This document shows, in pieces, positions 46,935 through 57,745 of a stretch of 64,000 bases of DNA. A program made the position numbers and the translations under genes. How positions within the stretch are numbered: position 1 is the first letter of the stretch; each line of letters begins with the position of its first letter. The stretch is from Candidatus Pacearchaeota archaeon (GTDB lineage: Archaea > Nanobdellota > Nanobdellia > Pacearchaeales > JAPDKA01): NCBI GenBank assembly GCA_038817835.1, contig JAWAZI010000004.1, positions 2,542 to 66,541 of the forward strand. The letters run 5' to 3'. Under the pieces are notes generated by a model that was not told where the DNA came from, made no database searches, and saw only the letters and a program-made list of their open reading frames with translations.

Positions 46935-47474
46935 TTATTTTCCTTTTTTTCTTTCTTCCTCTTCTTCTCTTTTACTTGCAACAACTATAATAATAACTGC
47001 AATCAAAATTATTGCTAAAGGTAAAAGAAGTTGAAGATATGGTAATAGATAATATTCCCAATGAGGAGAAAAAGCTTTAGCTATAACTATTATAGAAGCT
47101 AAACTTGCCAAACCTATAAAAATCTTTTTTTCTCCTGATGATGAGATATCTATATTAAAAATACCAAATAAAATTATTACAGCTAAAAAAACTACTAATG
47201 CAATTGCTAAATTCGAGAATAATCTTTGCATAAAGTAACTTATATAATAATTTGTTAAAGCAAAAAATGCAACTACTAAACTTATTATTACATTTGCTGG
47301 AGGAACTTTCCTGAATACATCAATTCTAAGTAATACAGAATAAACTATAGAAAATATAAGTAAAAATGGTAAAAGAACAGTAAAAAGACCTAATTGATTA
47401 GCTAATCCAAAAAAATAATTGAAATCAAATAAATAGGGGGACATTTTATTTTTATTTTGTAACTTTTGATCCAA
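46935..47474 (-). CDS. Polytopic membrane protein (paralog of the next gene), acidic/basic C-tail
   Basis: LLPFLLIFSIVYSVLLRIDVF...SLVVAFFAL...ALVVFLAVIILFGIF aligns by eye with the 156-aa neighbour. Confidence 0.45.
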   Translation of the reverse strand: MDQKLQNKNKMSPYLFDFNYFFGLANQLGLFTVLLPFLLIFSIVYSVLLRIDVFRKVPPANVIISLVVAFFALTNYYISYFMQRLFSNLAIALVVFLAVIILFGIFNIDISSSGEKKIFIGLASLASIIVIAKAFSPHWEYYLLPYLQLLLPLAIILIAVIIIVVASKREEEEERKKGK

Positions 47475-47922
47475 ATTGAACCATTATCCAAACTACAACT
47501 CCTGTTAAAACAATAAAACCAAAAACAGGAATATACTCTGGATTAATATTTATTTTTTTTGTTATTCCAGTCAAACTCGCTATTACAACTATACCTAAAA
47601 TAGTTAATATAACGGCAATCCAAGCTTTTAAAGAGTGTTTCTTTTCAGGAACATAAAATTCAATTCCGAGAATTCCATAAAGTAACATTAAACAAAATGC
47701 AACTATAACAAGAAAAGCTACAACAGGAACAATTATATGTGTGATATTCAATAATGCTGGAACTCCTATAAAAAAGAAAGATAAACCTAAAGCAACAAGC
47801 AAATGTGCTTGAGCATTTCCGAGTAGATTAATTTTTTGCATTAAAGCATAAAAAAGAACAAAGGTGAAAATAAATGGTAAAATAATATTAACAAAAAATG
47901 GATGCATAAATATATTTTCCAT
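47452..47922 (-). CDS. Polytopic membrane protein (paralog of the previous gene)
   Basis: IILPFIFTFVLFYALMQKINLL...ALGLSFFFI...AFLVIVAFCLMLLYGIL. It overlaps the downstream paralog by 23 nt. Confidence 0.45.
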   Translation of the reverse strand: MENIFMHPFFVNIILPFIFTFVLFYALMQKINLLGNAQAHLLVALGLSFFFIGVPALLNITHIIVPVVAFLVIVAFCLMLLYGILGIEFYVPEKKHSLKAWIAVILTILGIVVIASLTGITKKININPEYIPVFGFIVLTGVVVWIMVQFGSKVTK

Positions 47923-47949
47923 TTTTACTAAAATTTTATTATATTTCTA

Positions 47950-48240
47950 TTATTCAAATTCTATCTCTATTTTCTCTTCTTCTGCTTGTGGAGTAATTGA
48001 TTTACTTATTATTACTATATCTCCTACTGCTCTAATATATTTGTGAGGAATTATTATTCCCTTTGCTCCTCCAACTTGAGGAGTGAGAGTACTATTCTTT
48101 GCTACTTTTATTTTCCATGAATCAATTCTGTTATCGAATATACTCAATTCTTCTACTTCTCCAACAAATTCTCCAGCATCAGTATATACAGGCAATCCGA
48201 TAACATCACTTATTCTTCTTAACTTTAGCATTTTTAACAT
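47950..48240 (-). CDS. PRC-barrel domain protein
   Basis: ISDVIGLPVYTDAGEFVGEVEELSIFDNRIDSWKIKV...IIIPHKYIRAVGDIVII. Confidence 0.7.
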   Translation of the reverse strand: MLKMLKLRRISDVIGLPVYTDAGEFVGEVEELSIFDNRIDSWKIKVAKNSTLTPQVGGAKGIIIPHKYIRAVGDIVIISKSITPQAEEEKIEIEFE

Positions 48241-48376
48241 TATATAATTTAATTTTAATAAAAATTTAAGAATTGAACTATTTAAATATTTTTTGATTGT
48301 TTATAATATTAATAAAACAAAATTTCCGAGAGAAAAATTTTTAAATAATTAAAAAATTTAATAATATGAATAAAAA

Positions 48377-48439
48377 GCTATCATTAGATGAGTGCCTCAA
48401 AATTTATGAGGTATGATGTAGGCACAATCTAGTGATAGC
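48377..48439 (+). other. 63-nt imperfect hairpin followed by T7, 22 nt upstream of 16S; function unknown
   Basis: gctatcattagat (48377-48389) pairs with atctagtgatagc (48427-48439) over 13 bp including one G-U. An inner gtgcct/aggcac stem follows. ttttttt is at 48441-48447. Confidence 0.35.
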
Positions 48440-48461
48440 ATTTTTTTCCTTGCGGCCAATA

Positions 48462-49920
<1,459 letters not shown>

Positions 49921-49978
49921 ACTTTTTATTTTTTATTACCAAAAAATATTTATACTCAAACCTAAATTCATAAAAGAT

Positions 49979-50050
49979 GGGCCCGTAGCTCAATGGTAGA
50001 GCGCTGCCCTTGCAAGGCAGAGGTTACGGGTTCGAGTCCCGTCGGGTCCA
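49979..50050 (+). tRNA. tRNA-Ala (anticodon TGC) in the 16S-23S spacer
   Basis: GGGCCCGTAGCTCAATGGTAGAGCGCTGCCCTTGCAAGGCAGAGGTTACGGGTTCGAGTCCCGTCGGGTCCA. It has the G3:U70 identity pair and anticodon loop CTTGCAA. Confidence 0.95.
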
Positions 50051-50106
50051 TCTTTTAAAAATATGAAACTCACAACTTAAAAGTTGTGGGTGGATGTGGA
50101 TAAAAA

Positions 50107-50130
50107 GATGAGACTGTATAGTAGAGTCTT
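50107..50130 (+). repeat. 5' arm of the 23S processing stem
   Basis: gatgagactgtatagtagagtctt is the exact reverse complement of 52947-52970. Confidence 0.85.
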
Positions 50131-52946
50131 TTAAGGTTGGTAGATGGATGACTCGGCTTAGTAGTAATGGAGGGCGTGGTAAGCTGCGAAAAGCCTAGGG
50201 TAGGCGCATGCAGCCTTTGAGCCTAGGATCCCCTCCAAACCCAGGGAATTGAAACATCTTAGTACCTGGAGGAAAAGAAAACAATATGTGATACCCTTAG
50301 TAGCAGCGAGCGAAAAGGGTGTAGGGCAAACCGAATCTTTATGCGAAAAGCATAAAGAGATGTGGAGTTTTGGTCCAGGGTAGGGCTTATTCTCTTTAGC
50401 CGAAGTTGCCTGGAATGGCACGCCAAAGAAGGTGATAGCCCTGTAGGCGAAAAAGAGAAAGGCCCATTCCTGGTAACCAGAGTAGGGCTTCCTGGATTGG
50501 AAGTCTGAATTCGGCTCAATTAAGAGCCAACCCTAAATATGCTACTAAGTCCGATAGTGCACTAGTAGCGAGAGCGAAAGTTGAAAAGAATCTTTGGTAG
50601 GAAGTGAAAAGACCTGAAATCTACCAACCATAGCTCGTTACGGCAACTTAGGTTGTCGTAACGTACGTTTTGAAAAACGGGCCAGGGAGTTATGGCAAGT
50701 GGCGAGATTAAGCTTAATGCGAAATCAAAGCGAAAGCGAGTTTTAAAAGAGCGTTAGTCACTTGCCATAGACCCGAAACCAGGCGATCTAGTCGTGGGGA
50801 AGGTGAAGACCATCGAATGATGGTTGGAGGCCTGAACCGGTGTTGGGCTCACCACTCGGATCACCTACGACTAGGGGTGAAAAGCCAATCTAGCCTGGCG
50901 ATGGCTGGTTCCCGCCGAAATATACCTCAGTATAGTCCAACTCATTAAGAGCTTATGGTGTAGAGCCACGGAATGAATGCTTGGTGTGAATACATCAAGC
51001 ATTCTATCCAACTCCGAAGCCATAAGCAGTATTGAGTTGGAAACAGGGGTAGGGGGTAAGCTCCTATTCCGAGACGGGAACAACCGAGACCTAAGTTAAG
51101 GTCCCTAAATGCCAGCTAAGTGTGAAGCAAGGGAGTCTATAGCCTAAGACAGTGGGGAGGTAGGCTCAGAAGCAGCCATCCTTTAAAGAAAGCGTAACAG
51201 CTCACCCACCGAGGCTATAGGCACCGAAAATGGACGGGGCTAAGCTGGCTACCGAGACTTAGGACCTATACCTTTTTGGTATAGTGTGGTAGGCGGGTGT
51301 ACTGTTGGGGTAGAAGTTATTGCGTAAGCAATAATGGACCCAACAGTAACAAGAATCCTGGCGTCAGTAGGAGCAAACTCGCTTGAGAAAAGCGAGGGCC
51401 TAAAGAGTAAGGGTTCCTTGGCAATGCAAATCAACCAAGGGTTAGTCGGTCCCTAAGGCATTACTTAGCTGATAATGCCGACGGGGAAGTGGGTTAATAT
51501 TCCCCACCATATATAAGCTGCCGCAAGGCAAAGTCTTGGCATTGCTTCAAGATAGGTGGAGTGTCTCCTCGAAAGAGGACATCCATTTACCGTAAGTCTA
51601 CGGAGAGCTGTAATAGCGAGAAGTAGACAAAGGTAAATGGCGAAAGTCCACCGACTCTTGGAGCTCATAAAAAGTGCCAAGACATATGCTTATATATGAC
51701 CGTACCGAGAACCGGTACAGGTACTCTGGCTGAGAAGGCTAAGGCCTTAGGGGGAAAACAAGGTTAGGGAACTCGGCAAATTGGCCCTGTAACTTCGGAA
51801 GAAAGGGTGCCTATCCTTGTATTCAGAAAGTGCTGAATGCGAGGATAGGTCGCAGTTACAAGGGTGGCCCGACTGTTTATCAAAAACGTAGCCAGCCGCA
51901 AGGCCGAAAGGCTAAGTAGGGCTGGTGAGGCCTGCCCAGTGACGGTGTCTAAAGCCTCTTTTCAAGGAGGTAAAGGCCCGTCAAACGGCGGGGGTAACTC
52001 TGACCCTCTTAAGGTAGCGTAATGCCTTGTCGTCTGAATGGCGACGTGCATGAATGGCTTAACGAGGTTGCCACTGTCCCAACCTTGAGCCCCCTGAACC
52101 CATCATCCTGGTGAAAAGACCAGGGACCCCTACTGGGAAGCGAAGACCTTGTGGACCTTTACTGCAGCCTGCTGTTGCATTCTTTCAAAGATTACATAGT
52201 GTAGGTAGGAGCCAATGAAATAATAGTTTCGGCTATTATCGAGGCAAAAATGTAACACTACCTAATCTTTGAAGGAATGCTAACTCTCGAAAGAGAGGAC
52301 AGCAGTTGGTGGGCAGTTTGGCTGGGGCGGCACCCCTCTGAAAAGATATCGGAGGGGCCCAAAGGTCAGCTCATCCACCTCGGAAAAGTGGAGGAGAGCG
52401 CAAGGGTAAAAGCTGGCCTGACCGGATTTCTCACACGAAATCCGGAGGTGAAAGCCTGGCCTAGCGAACCCTAATGGCCTTTTAATGGGGCCTTAGGATG
52501 ACGGAAAAGGTACCCCAAGGATAACAGGCTCGTCGCGCCTGATAGTTCCCATTGACGGCGCGGCTTGGTACATCGACGTCGGCTCTCCCTATCCTGGCCC
52601 TGCATAAGGGGCCAAGGGTGCCGGAGTTCACGCATTAAAAGGGATCGTGAGCTGGGTTAAGAACGCCGTGAGGCAGTTTGGTTGATATCTAGTAGGGGTG
52701 TTGGTAGCCTGAGTGGAAAGAAGCCCTAGTACGAGAGGAACGGGCTTCTGGGGCCTCTGGTTAAGGGTTGTCATAATATGGCACGCCCTGAAGCTAAGCC
52801 CTAGTGGATAAAGGCTGAACGCATCTAAGCCTGAAGCCATCCGCAAAAATAGGCTACCTCAAGGCCGCCATAGAAGATGGCGTTGATAGGGCTCGAGTGT
52901 AAGCACCAAGGCAACGAGGTGTTCAGCTTCGAGCTACTAAAAGCCT
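50131..52946 (+). rRNA. 23S rRNA (archaeal), ~2.8 kb
   Basis: GGCGTGGTAAGCTGCGAAAAGCC is near the 5' end. GTACCGAGAACCGGTACAGGT, the GGATAACAGGCT region, and the sarcin-ricin loop AGTACGAGAGGAAC are present. Boundaries are inferred from the flanking 24-bp stem. Confidence 0.9.
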
Positions 52947-52970
52947 AAGACTCTACTATACAGTCTCATC
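52947..52970 (+). repeat. 3' arm of the 23S processing stem
   Basis: aagactctactatacagtctcatc is a perfect complement of 50107-50130. Confidence 0.85.
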
Positions 52971-52973
52971 GAA

Positions 52974-52980
52974 TTTTTTT
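52974..52980 (+). terminator. Oligo-T tract after the rRNA operon
   Basis: T7 lies directly after the 3' processing-stem arm. Archaeal RNA polymerase terminates at oligo-T. T runs are common in this genome, so confidence is low. Confidence 0.35.
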
Positions 52981-53026
52981 ATTTAATTTTCTAAAAATTT
53001 ATAAATATTTGAGAAAATCTTCTTTA

Positions 53027-55333
53027 ATGTTAGAAAAATTTAGTAAAGAAAAAGAAAAAGAAATATATGAAAAAATAAATTTTTTTCAAATAGAAAAAAA
53101 TAAAAAAATATTATTAATCGATACTCCTCCACCATATCCTTCAGGTAGGCCATGGCATATTGGAGCTGCTATTGCATATAGTCAAATGGATATGATAGCA
53201 AGAGCTGCTAGAGCATTAGGGTTTAATATTTATTTTCCAATAGGAATTGATAGAAATGGTTTGCCTGTAGAAAGATATGTAGAAAAATTATATAACATTT
53301 CTATTCACGAAATAAATAGAGAAGAATTTCTAGAATTATGTAAAAAAGAGCTTGATAAATTAGAAGAAGAAATGATTGAAATAATGAAAAAAATTGGATT
53401 AAGTTGTGATTTTAAAAATTATTATAGAACTGATAGTCCTGAGTTTAGAGCTTTAACTCAATCAACATTTATAGATTTATGGAATAAAGGACTAATCTAT
53501 GAAGATGAAAGACCTAATAACTTTTGCACTGGTTGTAAAACAACAATTGCTGATTCAGAAATAAAATATAAAAATGAAACAACTTCGCTATATTATATAA
53601 AATTTAAGCTTGATAAAGGAGATATAATTATAGCAACAACAAGACCCGAATATTTAGCAAGTTGTCAAGCAATAATTGTAAATCCTAACGATGAAAGATA
53701 TAAAGATATTATTGGGAAAACTGCTACAATTCCTTTATATAATAGAAAAATACCTATAATCGCACATAGCTTTGCTAATCCCAAATTTGGAAGTGGTGCT
53801 GTGATGGTTTGTAGCTATGGTGATTATTGTGATGTTTTACTTTTCAGAGAATTAAATTTAAATGAAATTAAAATTATAGATGAAAATTTAAAGTTGAATA
53901 AAAATGCTGGATTTTTAGAAGGATTAAGCATTGAAGAAGCAAGAAAAAGAATTATAGAAGAACTTAAGAAAAATAATTTAATATTAAAAGAAGAAAAAAT
54001 AGATCATAAAGTTCCTGTTTGTGAAAGATGTAATAGTAAAATTGAAATTATTCCAATGAAAGAATTCTATTTAAAACAAATAGAATTCAAAGAAAAAATT
54101 TTAGAGATTTCTAAAAAAATTAAATTTTTTCCAGAGTTTCATAGAAATAAATTAATCGAATGGATAAAATCCATAAATCAAGATTGGCCAATATCTAGAA
54201 GAAGATATTATGGAACTGAAATACCTATTTGGTATTGTAAAAATTGTAAAAAACCAAATTTACCAAAAGCTGATTATAAAACATATTATAGGCCATGGAA
54301 AGATAAACCTCCATTCAAAAAATGTAAATTTTGTAAATCTAAAGAGTTTATTGGAGAAGAAAGAATATTTGATACATGGGTAGATTCTAGCATAACTGCA
54401 TTATTTATAAGTAAATATAAAAGGGATAAAAAATTTTTCAAAAATTCTTATCCTGTATGGATTAGGCCTCAAGGTTATGAAATAATAAGAACATGGTTAT
54501 TTTATTCTTTACTTAGATGTTATCAATTAACAAAAAAACCATGCTTTAAATATGTATGGATTCATGGATTAGGAGTTGATAAAAAAGGAAGAAAAATGTC
54601 AAAAAGTTTAGGAAATGTTATAGATCCTATCCCTATACTTAATAAAAATTTTGCAGATGCTTTTAGATTAGCCGGAGTTTTATCTGCTAATTTAGGATAT
54701 GATTTCAGAATTGATATAGAAAAAATTGAATCAGAAGAAAAATTCTTAAATAAATTATTCAATATTGCAAATTTCGTTAGCAATTTTAAAATAGATAAAA
54801 TTGAAATTAATGAAATTGAGGAAATTGATAAATCAATTTTAGAAAAATGGAATAATTATAAGAAAAAAATATTAAAAGCATATAAAAATTTCAATTTCTT
54901 TTATCCGGCAAGATTATTAAAAGATTTTTTATGGAATTATTTTGCAAGTCATTATATAGAAATTGTAAAACAAAAAGCATATAACAATAATAAATCAACT
55001 ATTTATACTTTAAATAAAATAATGAGTGAAGCACTAATATTATTCTATCCTATAATACCATTTATAACTTATTATTTATATGAGAAACTATATGGAAAAA
55101 ATATTTTAAATGAAAAATTTCCTAAAATTGAGAAAATTAAAGGAAAAATAAATTTTGATGATATAGTTAAATTAAATAATAAAATTTGGAAATGGAAAAA
55201 AGAAAAAAATTTATCTCTAAAAGCTGAAATAAAAAAACTAAGAATAAATAAAAAATTTAAGATTATCAAAAATGATATAAAAATTTTTCATAATGTAAAA
55301 TTATTAGAATATGGAAGATTTAGCATAGAATGA
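53027..55333 (+). CDS. valS: Valyl-tRNA synthetase (class I; short form, variant HIGH motif)
   Basis: IDTPPPYPSGRPWHIGAA...FPIGIDRNGLPVE and the KMSKS motif (GRKMSKSLGNVIDP) are present. The pattern is closer to archaeal ValRS than to IleRS or LeuRS. The ATG at 53027 is preferred over the TTG at 53009. Confidence 0.7.
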   Translation: MLEKFSKEKEKEIYEKINFFQIEKNKKILLIDTPPPYPSGRPWHIGAAIAYSQMDMIARAARALGFNIYFPIGIDRNGLPVERYVEKLYNISIHEINREEFLELCKKELDKLEEEMIEIMKKIGLSCDFKNYYRTDSPEFRALTQSTFIDLWNKGLIYEDERPNNFCTGCKTTIADSEIKYKNETTSLYYIKFKLDKGDIIIATTRPEYLASCQAIIVNPNDERYKDIIGKTATIPLYNRKIPIIAHSFANPKFGSGAVMVCSYGDYCDVLLFRELNLNEIKIIDENLKLNKNAGFLEGLSIEEARKRIIEELKKNNLILKEEKIDHKVPVCERCNSKIEIIPMKEFYLKQIEFKEKILEISKKIKFFPEFHRNKLIEWIKSINQDWPISRRRYYGTEIPIWYCKNCKKPNLPKADYKTYYRPWKDKPPFKKCKFCKSKEFIGEERIFDTWVDSSITALFISKYKRDKKFFKNSYPVWIRPQGYEIIRTWLFYSLLRCYQLTKKPCFKYVWIHGLGVDKKGRKMSKSLGNVIDPIPILNKNFADAFRLAGVLSANLGYDFRIDIEKIESEEKFLNKLFNIANFVSNFKIDKIEINEIEEIDKSILEKWNNYKKKILKAYKNFNFFYPARLLKDFLWNYFASHYIEIVKQKAYNNNKSTIYTLNKIMSEALILFYPIIPFITYYLYEKLYGKNILNEKFPKIEKIKGKINFDDIVKLNNKIWKWKKEKNLSLKAEIKKLRINKKFKIIKNDIKIFHNVKLLEYGRFSIE

Positions 55334-56409
55334 ATGAAAAATTTTATGAATTTAAAAAAATAATAGAAGAATTAGAAAAATATAAAGGTAAACATACAGA
55401 GTTAATTTCTTTGTATATTCCGGCTGGACAGAATATTTATTCTATAATTGATATGTTAACTGTAGAAAGAAGTATGGCTGAAAATATAAAAAGTAAAATT
55501 ACAAGAGAAAATGTAATTGATGCAATAGAAACTATAATAAGAGAGTTAAAATCTTATAAAAAAACTCCAGAAAATGGGCTTGTAATTTTTTGTGGTAATG
55601 TTGGAAAAGATAAAAGAGATATAAGAATATGGAAAATAGAACCAATTGAACCATTAAAAATAAAAATATATCATTGCAACCATACATTTCTTTTAGATCC
55701 TTTAAAGGAAATGTTAGAAACAAAAAAAGATGTATTTGGGTTGATTGTTATAGATAGAAAAGAAGCAACAATTGGTTTATTAGAGGGAAAAAATATAAAA
55801 AAATTAAGACATTTAACAAGTGGTGTTCCAGGAAAAATTAGAGCAGGTGGTCAATCTGCATTAAGATTTGAAAGATTAAGGGAAAATGCTGCATTAGAAT
55901 TTTATAGAAGAGTTGGTGAAAGTGTAGTTGAATTATTTTCAAATGACAATAGAATAAAAGGAATACTTATTGGTGGACCTGGACCAACAAAAAATGAATT
56001 TCTCAAAGAAGCAAAATTACCTCAAAATATAATGGAAAAAATAATTGGTATAAAAGATATTGGTTATGCTGATGAACATGGATTAAAATATTTAATAGAA
56101 GAAAGTCAAGATATATTGGCTAATTTAGAAATAATGGAAGAAAAAATAGCTTTAAAAAAATTTTTTGATGCTTTAGCAAAAAATAGGGCTGTTTATGGGT
56201 TAGAAAATGTCAAAAAAGCTTTAACTTATGGGGCAGCAGATAAAGTTTTTATATCTGAAGATATGGAAAAAGAAATTATTGAAGAAATAAAAATACTAGC
56301 AGAAAACAGTGGAAGCGAAATTAAATTTATTTCTTCAGAAACTGAAGAAGGAATTCAATTTAAAAATATTGGTGGCATTGGAGCAATTTTAAGATTTAAA
56401 ATAGAATAA
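55330..56409 (+). CDS. prf1: Peptide chain release factor aRF1
   Basis: NIKS motif (AENIKSKITR) and GGQ motif (RAGGQSALRFERL) are both present. Confidence 0.9.
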   Translation: MNEKFYEFKKIIEELEKYKGKHTELISLYIPAGQNIYSIIDMLTVERSMAENIKSKITRENVIDAIETIIRELKSYKKTPENGLVIFCGNVGKDKRDIRIWKIEPIEPLKIKIYHCNHTFLLDPLKEMLETKKDVFGLIVIDRKEATIGLLEGKNIKKLRHLTSGVPGKIRAGGQSALRFERLRENAALEFYRRVGESVVELFSNDNRIKGILIGGPGPTKNEFLKEAKLPQNIMEKIIGIKDIGYADEHGLKYLIEESQDILANLEIMEEKIALKKFFDALAKNRAVYGLENVKKALTYGAADKVFISEDMEKEIIEEIKILAENSGSEIKFISSETEEGIQFKNIGGIGAILRFKIE

Positions 56410-56410
56410 G

Positions 56411-56875
56411 ATGAATGAAAAATTAAAAAAGATAGAAGCAATTCTTTTTATTAGTGGAAGTTATATTAGTGAAGCTGATATAGTTAGAATTGTTGGTATT
56501 GATCCTTTAAGTTTAAATGAAGCTATAAAAGAATTAAAAGAAAGATATAAAGATTCTGCGATAGAGTTAAGTGAAATAGAAATTGATGGAATAAAATATT
56601 ATAAAATGAGTGTTAAAGATGAATATAAGGATTTAGCTTTAAAATTTGCAACAAAACAAGAATTTAGTAAATCTGAACAAGCAACTCTCGCTTTAATAGC
56701 ATATAAACAACCAATAAAACAAAGCGTAGTTATTAAAATAAGAGGAAATAAAGCTTATGAACATATAAAAAAATTTATTGCTTATGGATTAGTAAATGCA
56801 AAAAAATCTGGACATACATATATTTTAACAACAACTGAAAAATTTAATGAATATTTTGATATAAAGAAAAAATAA
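56411..56875 (+). CDS. scpB: Segregation and condensation protein B (ScpB)
   Basis: KIEAILFISGSYISEADIVRIVG is followed by a second wHTH (EQATLALIAYKQPIKQSVVIKIRG). Confidence 0.75.
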   Translation: MNEKLKKIEAILFISGSYISEADIVRIVGIDPLSLNEAIKELKERYKDSAIELSEIEIDGIKYYKMSVKDEYKDLALKFATKQEFSKSEQATLALIAYKQPIKQSVVIKIRGNKAYEHIKKFIAYGLVNAKKSGHTYILTTTEKFNEYFDIKKK

Positions 56876-56923
56876 TAAAATTTTATAGTAAAATATATAA
56901 ACATTTTTTTCAATAAATTTTTT

Positions 56924-57319
56924 ATGTCATTTGAATGTGAAGAATGTGGAAGAATAAAACCTGATGAAGAAAAAAATGAAGTAATTGATAGTATAAGAGT
57001 AAAATTTGTTTGTAGTGATTGTATAGATACAAATAGGCATGTAATATTAAAAGAAGGAAGAAAAAAAGAAACTCTAAATATAGAAATACCTAAAATAACT
57101 TTTGAAACTCCAAAGATAAATGTTGATGATTTTAAAAGGATGTTAAAGATGGAAAGGATAAAAAGAGGATTAAGCGTAGAAGAATTAGCAAAAATTTTAG
57201 AAATAAATAGTGATGATTTAAAAAATTTTGAGAGAGGATATAAAGATGATGAAAATATAAAACAAAAACTAATTGAATTTTTTAAAATAAAAGAATTTAA
57301 AATAGAAAAAGAAATTTAG
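56924..57319 (+). CDS. Archaeal MBF1-like protein (Zn ribbon + XRE-type HTH)
   Basis: CEECGR...CSDC forms the Zn ribbon. RIKRGLSVEELAKILEINSDDLKNFERG forms the HTH. Confidence 0.65.
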   Translation: MSFECEECGRIKPDEEKNEVIDSIRVKFVCSDCIDTNRHVILKEGRKKETLNIEIPKITFETPKINVDDFKRMLKMERIKRGLSVEELAKILEINSDDLKNFERGYKDDENIKQKLIEFFKIKEFKIEKEI

Positions 57320-57320
57320 A

Positions 57321-57566
57321 ATGAGAATATTAAAAAAAGAAAAAGATTATTTAGAGATAGAAATGAACAATTTAACTTTAGCTGAAATATTAAGAGTTTA
57401 TTTATGGAAAAATAAAAATATTATATATGCTGGTTGGAAAAGAGAACATCCTTCAAAGCCACCAATATTAATTTTAAAAACTAAAAAAGATAGCATAGAA
57501 ATTCTAAAAAGTACTATTGAAGAAATAAAAGAAGAGATAAAAGAAATTAAAAAATTGGTAAAATGA
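57321..57566 (+). CDS. rpoL: DNA-directed RNA polymerase subunit L (Rpo11)
   Basis: LEIEMNNLTLAEILRVYLWKNKNIIYAGWKREHPSKPPILILKTKK matches the Rpo11 pattern. Confidence 0.75.
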   Translation: MRILKKEKDYLEIEMNNLTLAEILRVYLWKNKNIIYAGWKREHPSKPPILILKTKKDSIEILKSTIEEIKEEIKEIKKLVK

Positions 57567-57601
57567 AAAGGTCAAGCAGAAGATGGAAAAAACCAAGAAG
57601 A

Positions 57602-57679
57602 ATGAGATGGAAGTGGAGAAAGAAAAGATTAAGAAAAGAAAAAAGGAGAAGAAAACAAATGAAAGAAAGAGCAAAATAA
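57602..57679 (+). CDS. rpl41e: 50S ribosomal protein L41e (25 aa; possible upstream start at 57563)
   Basis: Not in the ORF track. MRWKWRKKRLRKEKRRRKQMKERAK compares well with eukaryotic/archaeal L41 ([25 protein letters not shown], from memory). An in-frame ATG at 57563 overlapping the rpoL stop would add MKRSSRRWKKPRR. Confidence 0.6.
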   Translation: MRWKWRKKRLRKEKRRRKQMKERAK

Positions 57680-57745
57680 AAATTTTAAAATTTTTCTACT
57701 AATAAGTAACGAAAAATTTAAATAGTTGTATTTATTTATTATTTT

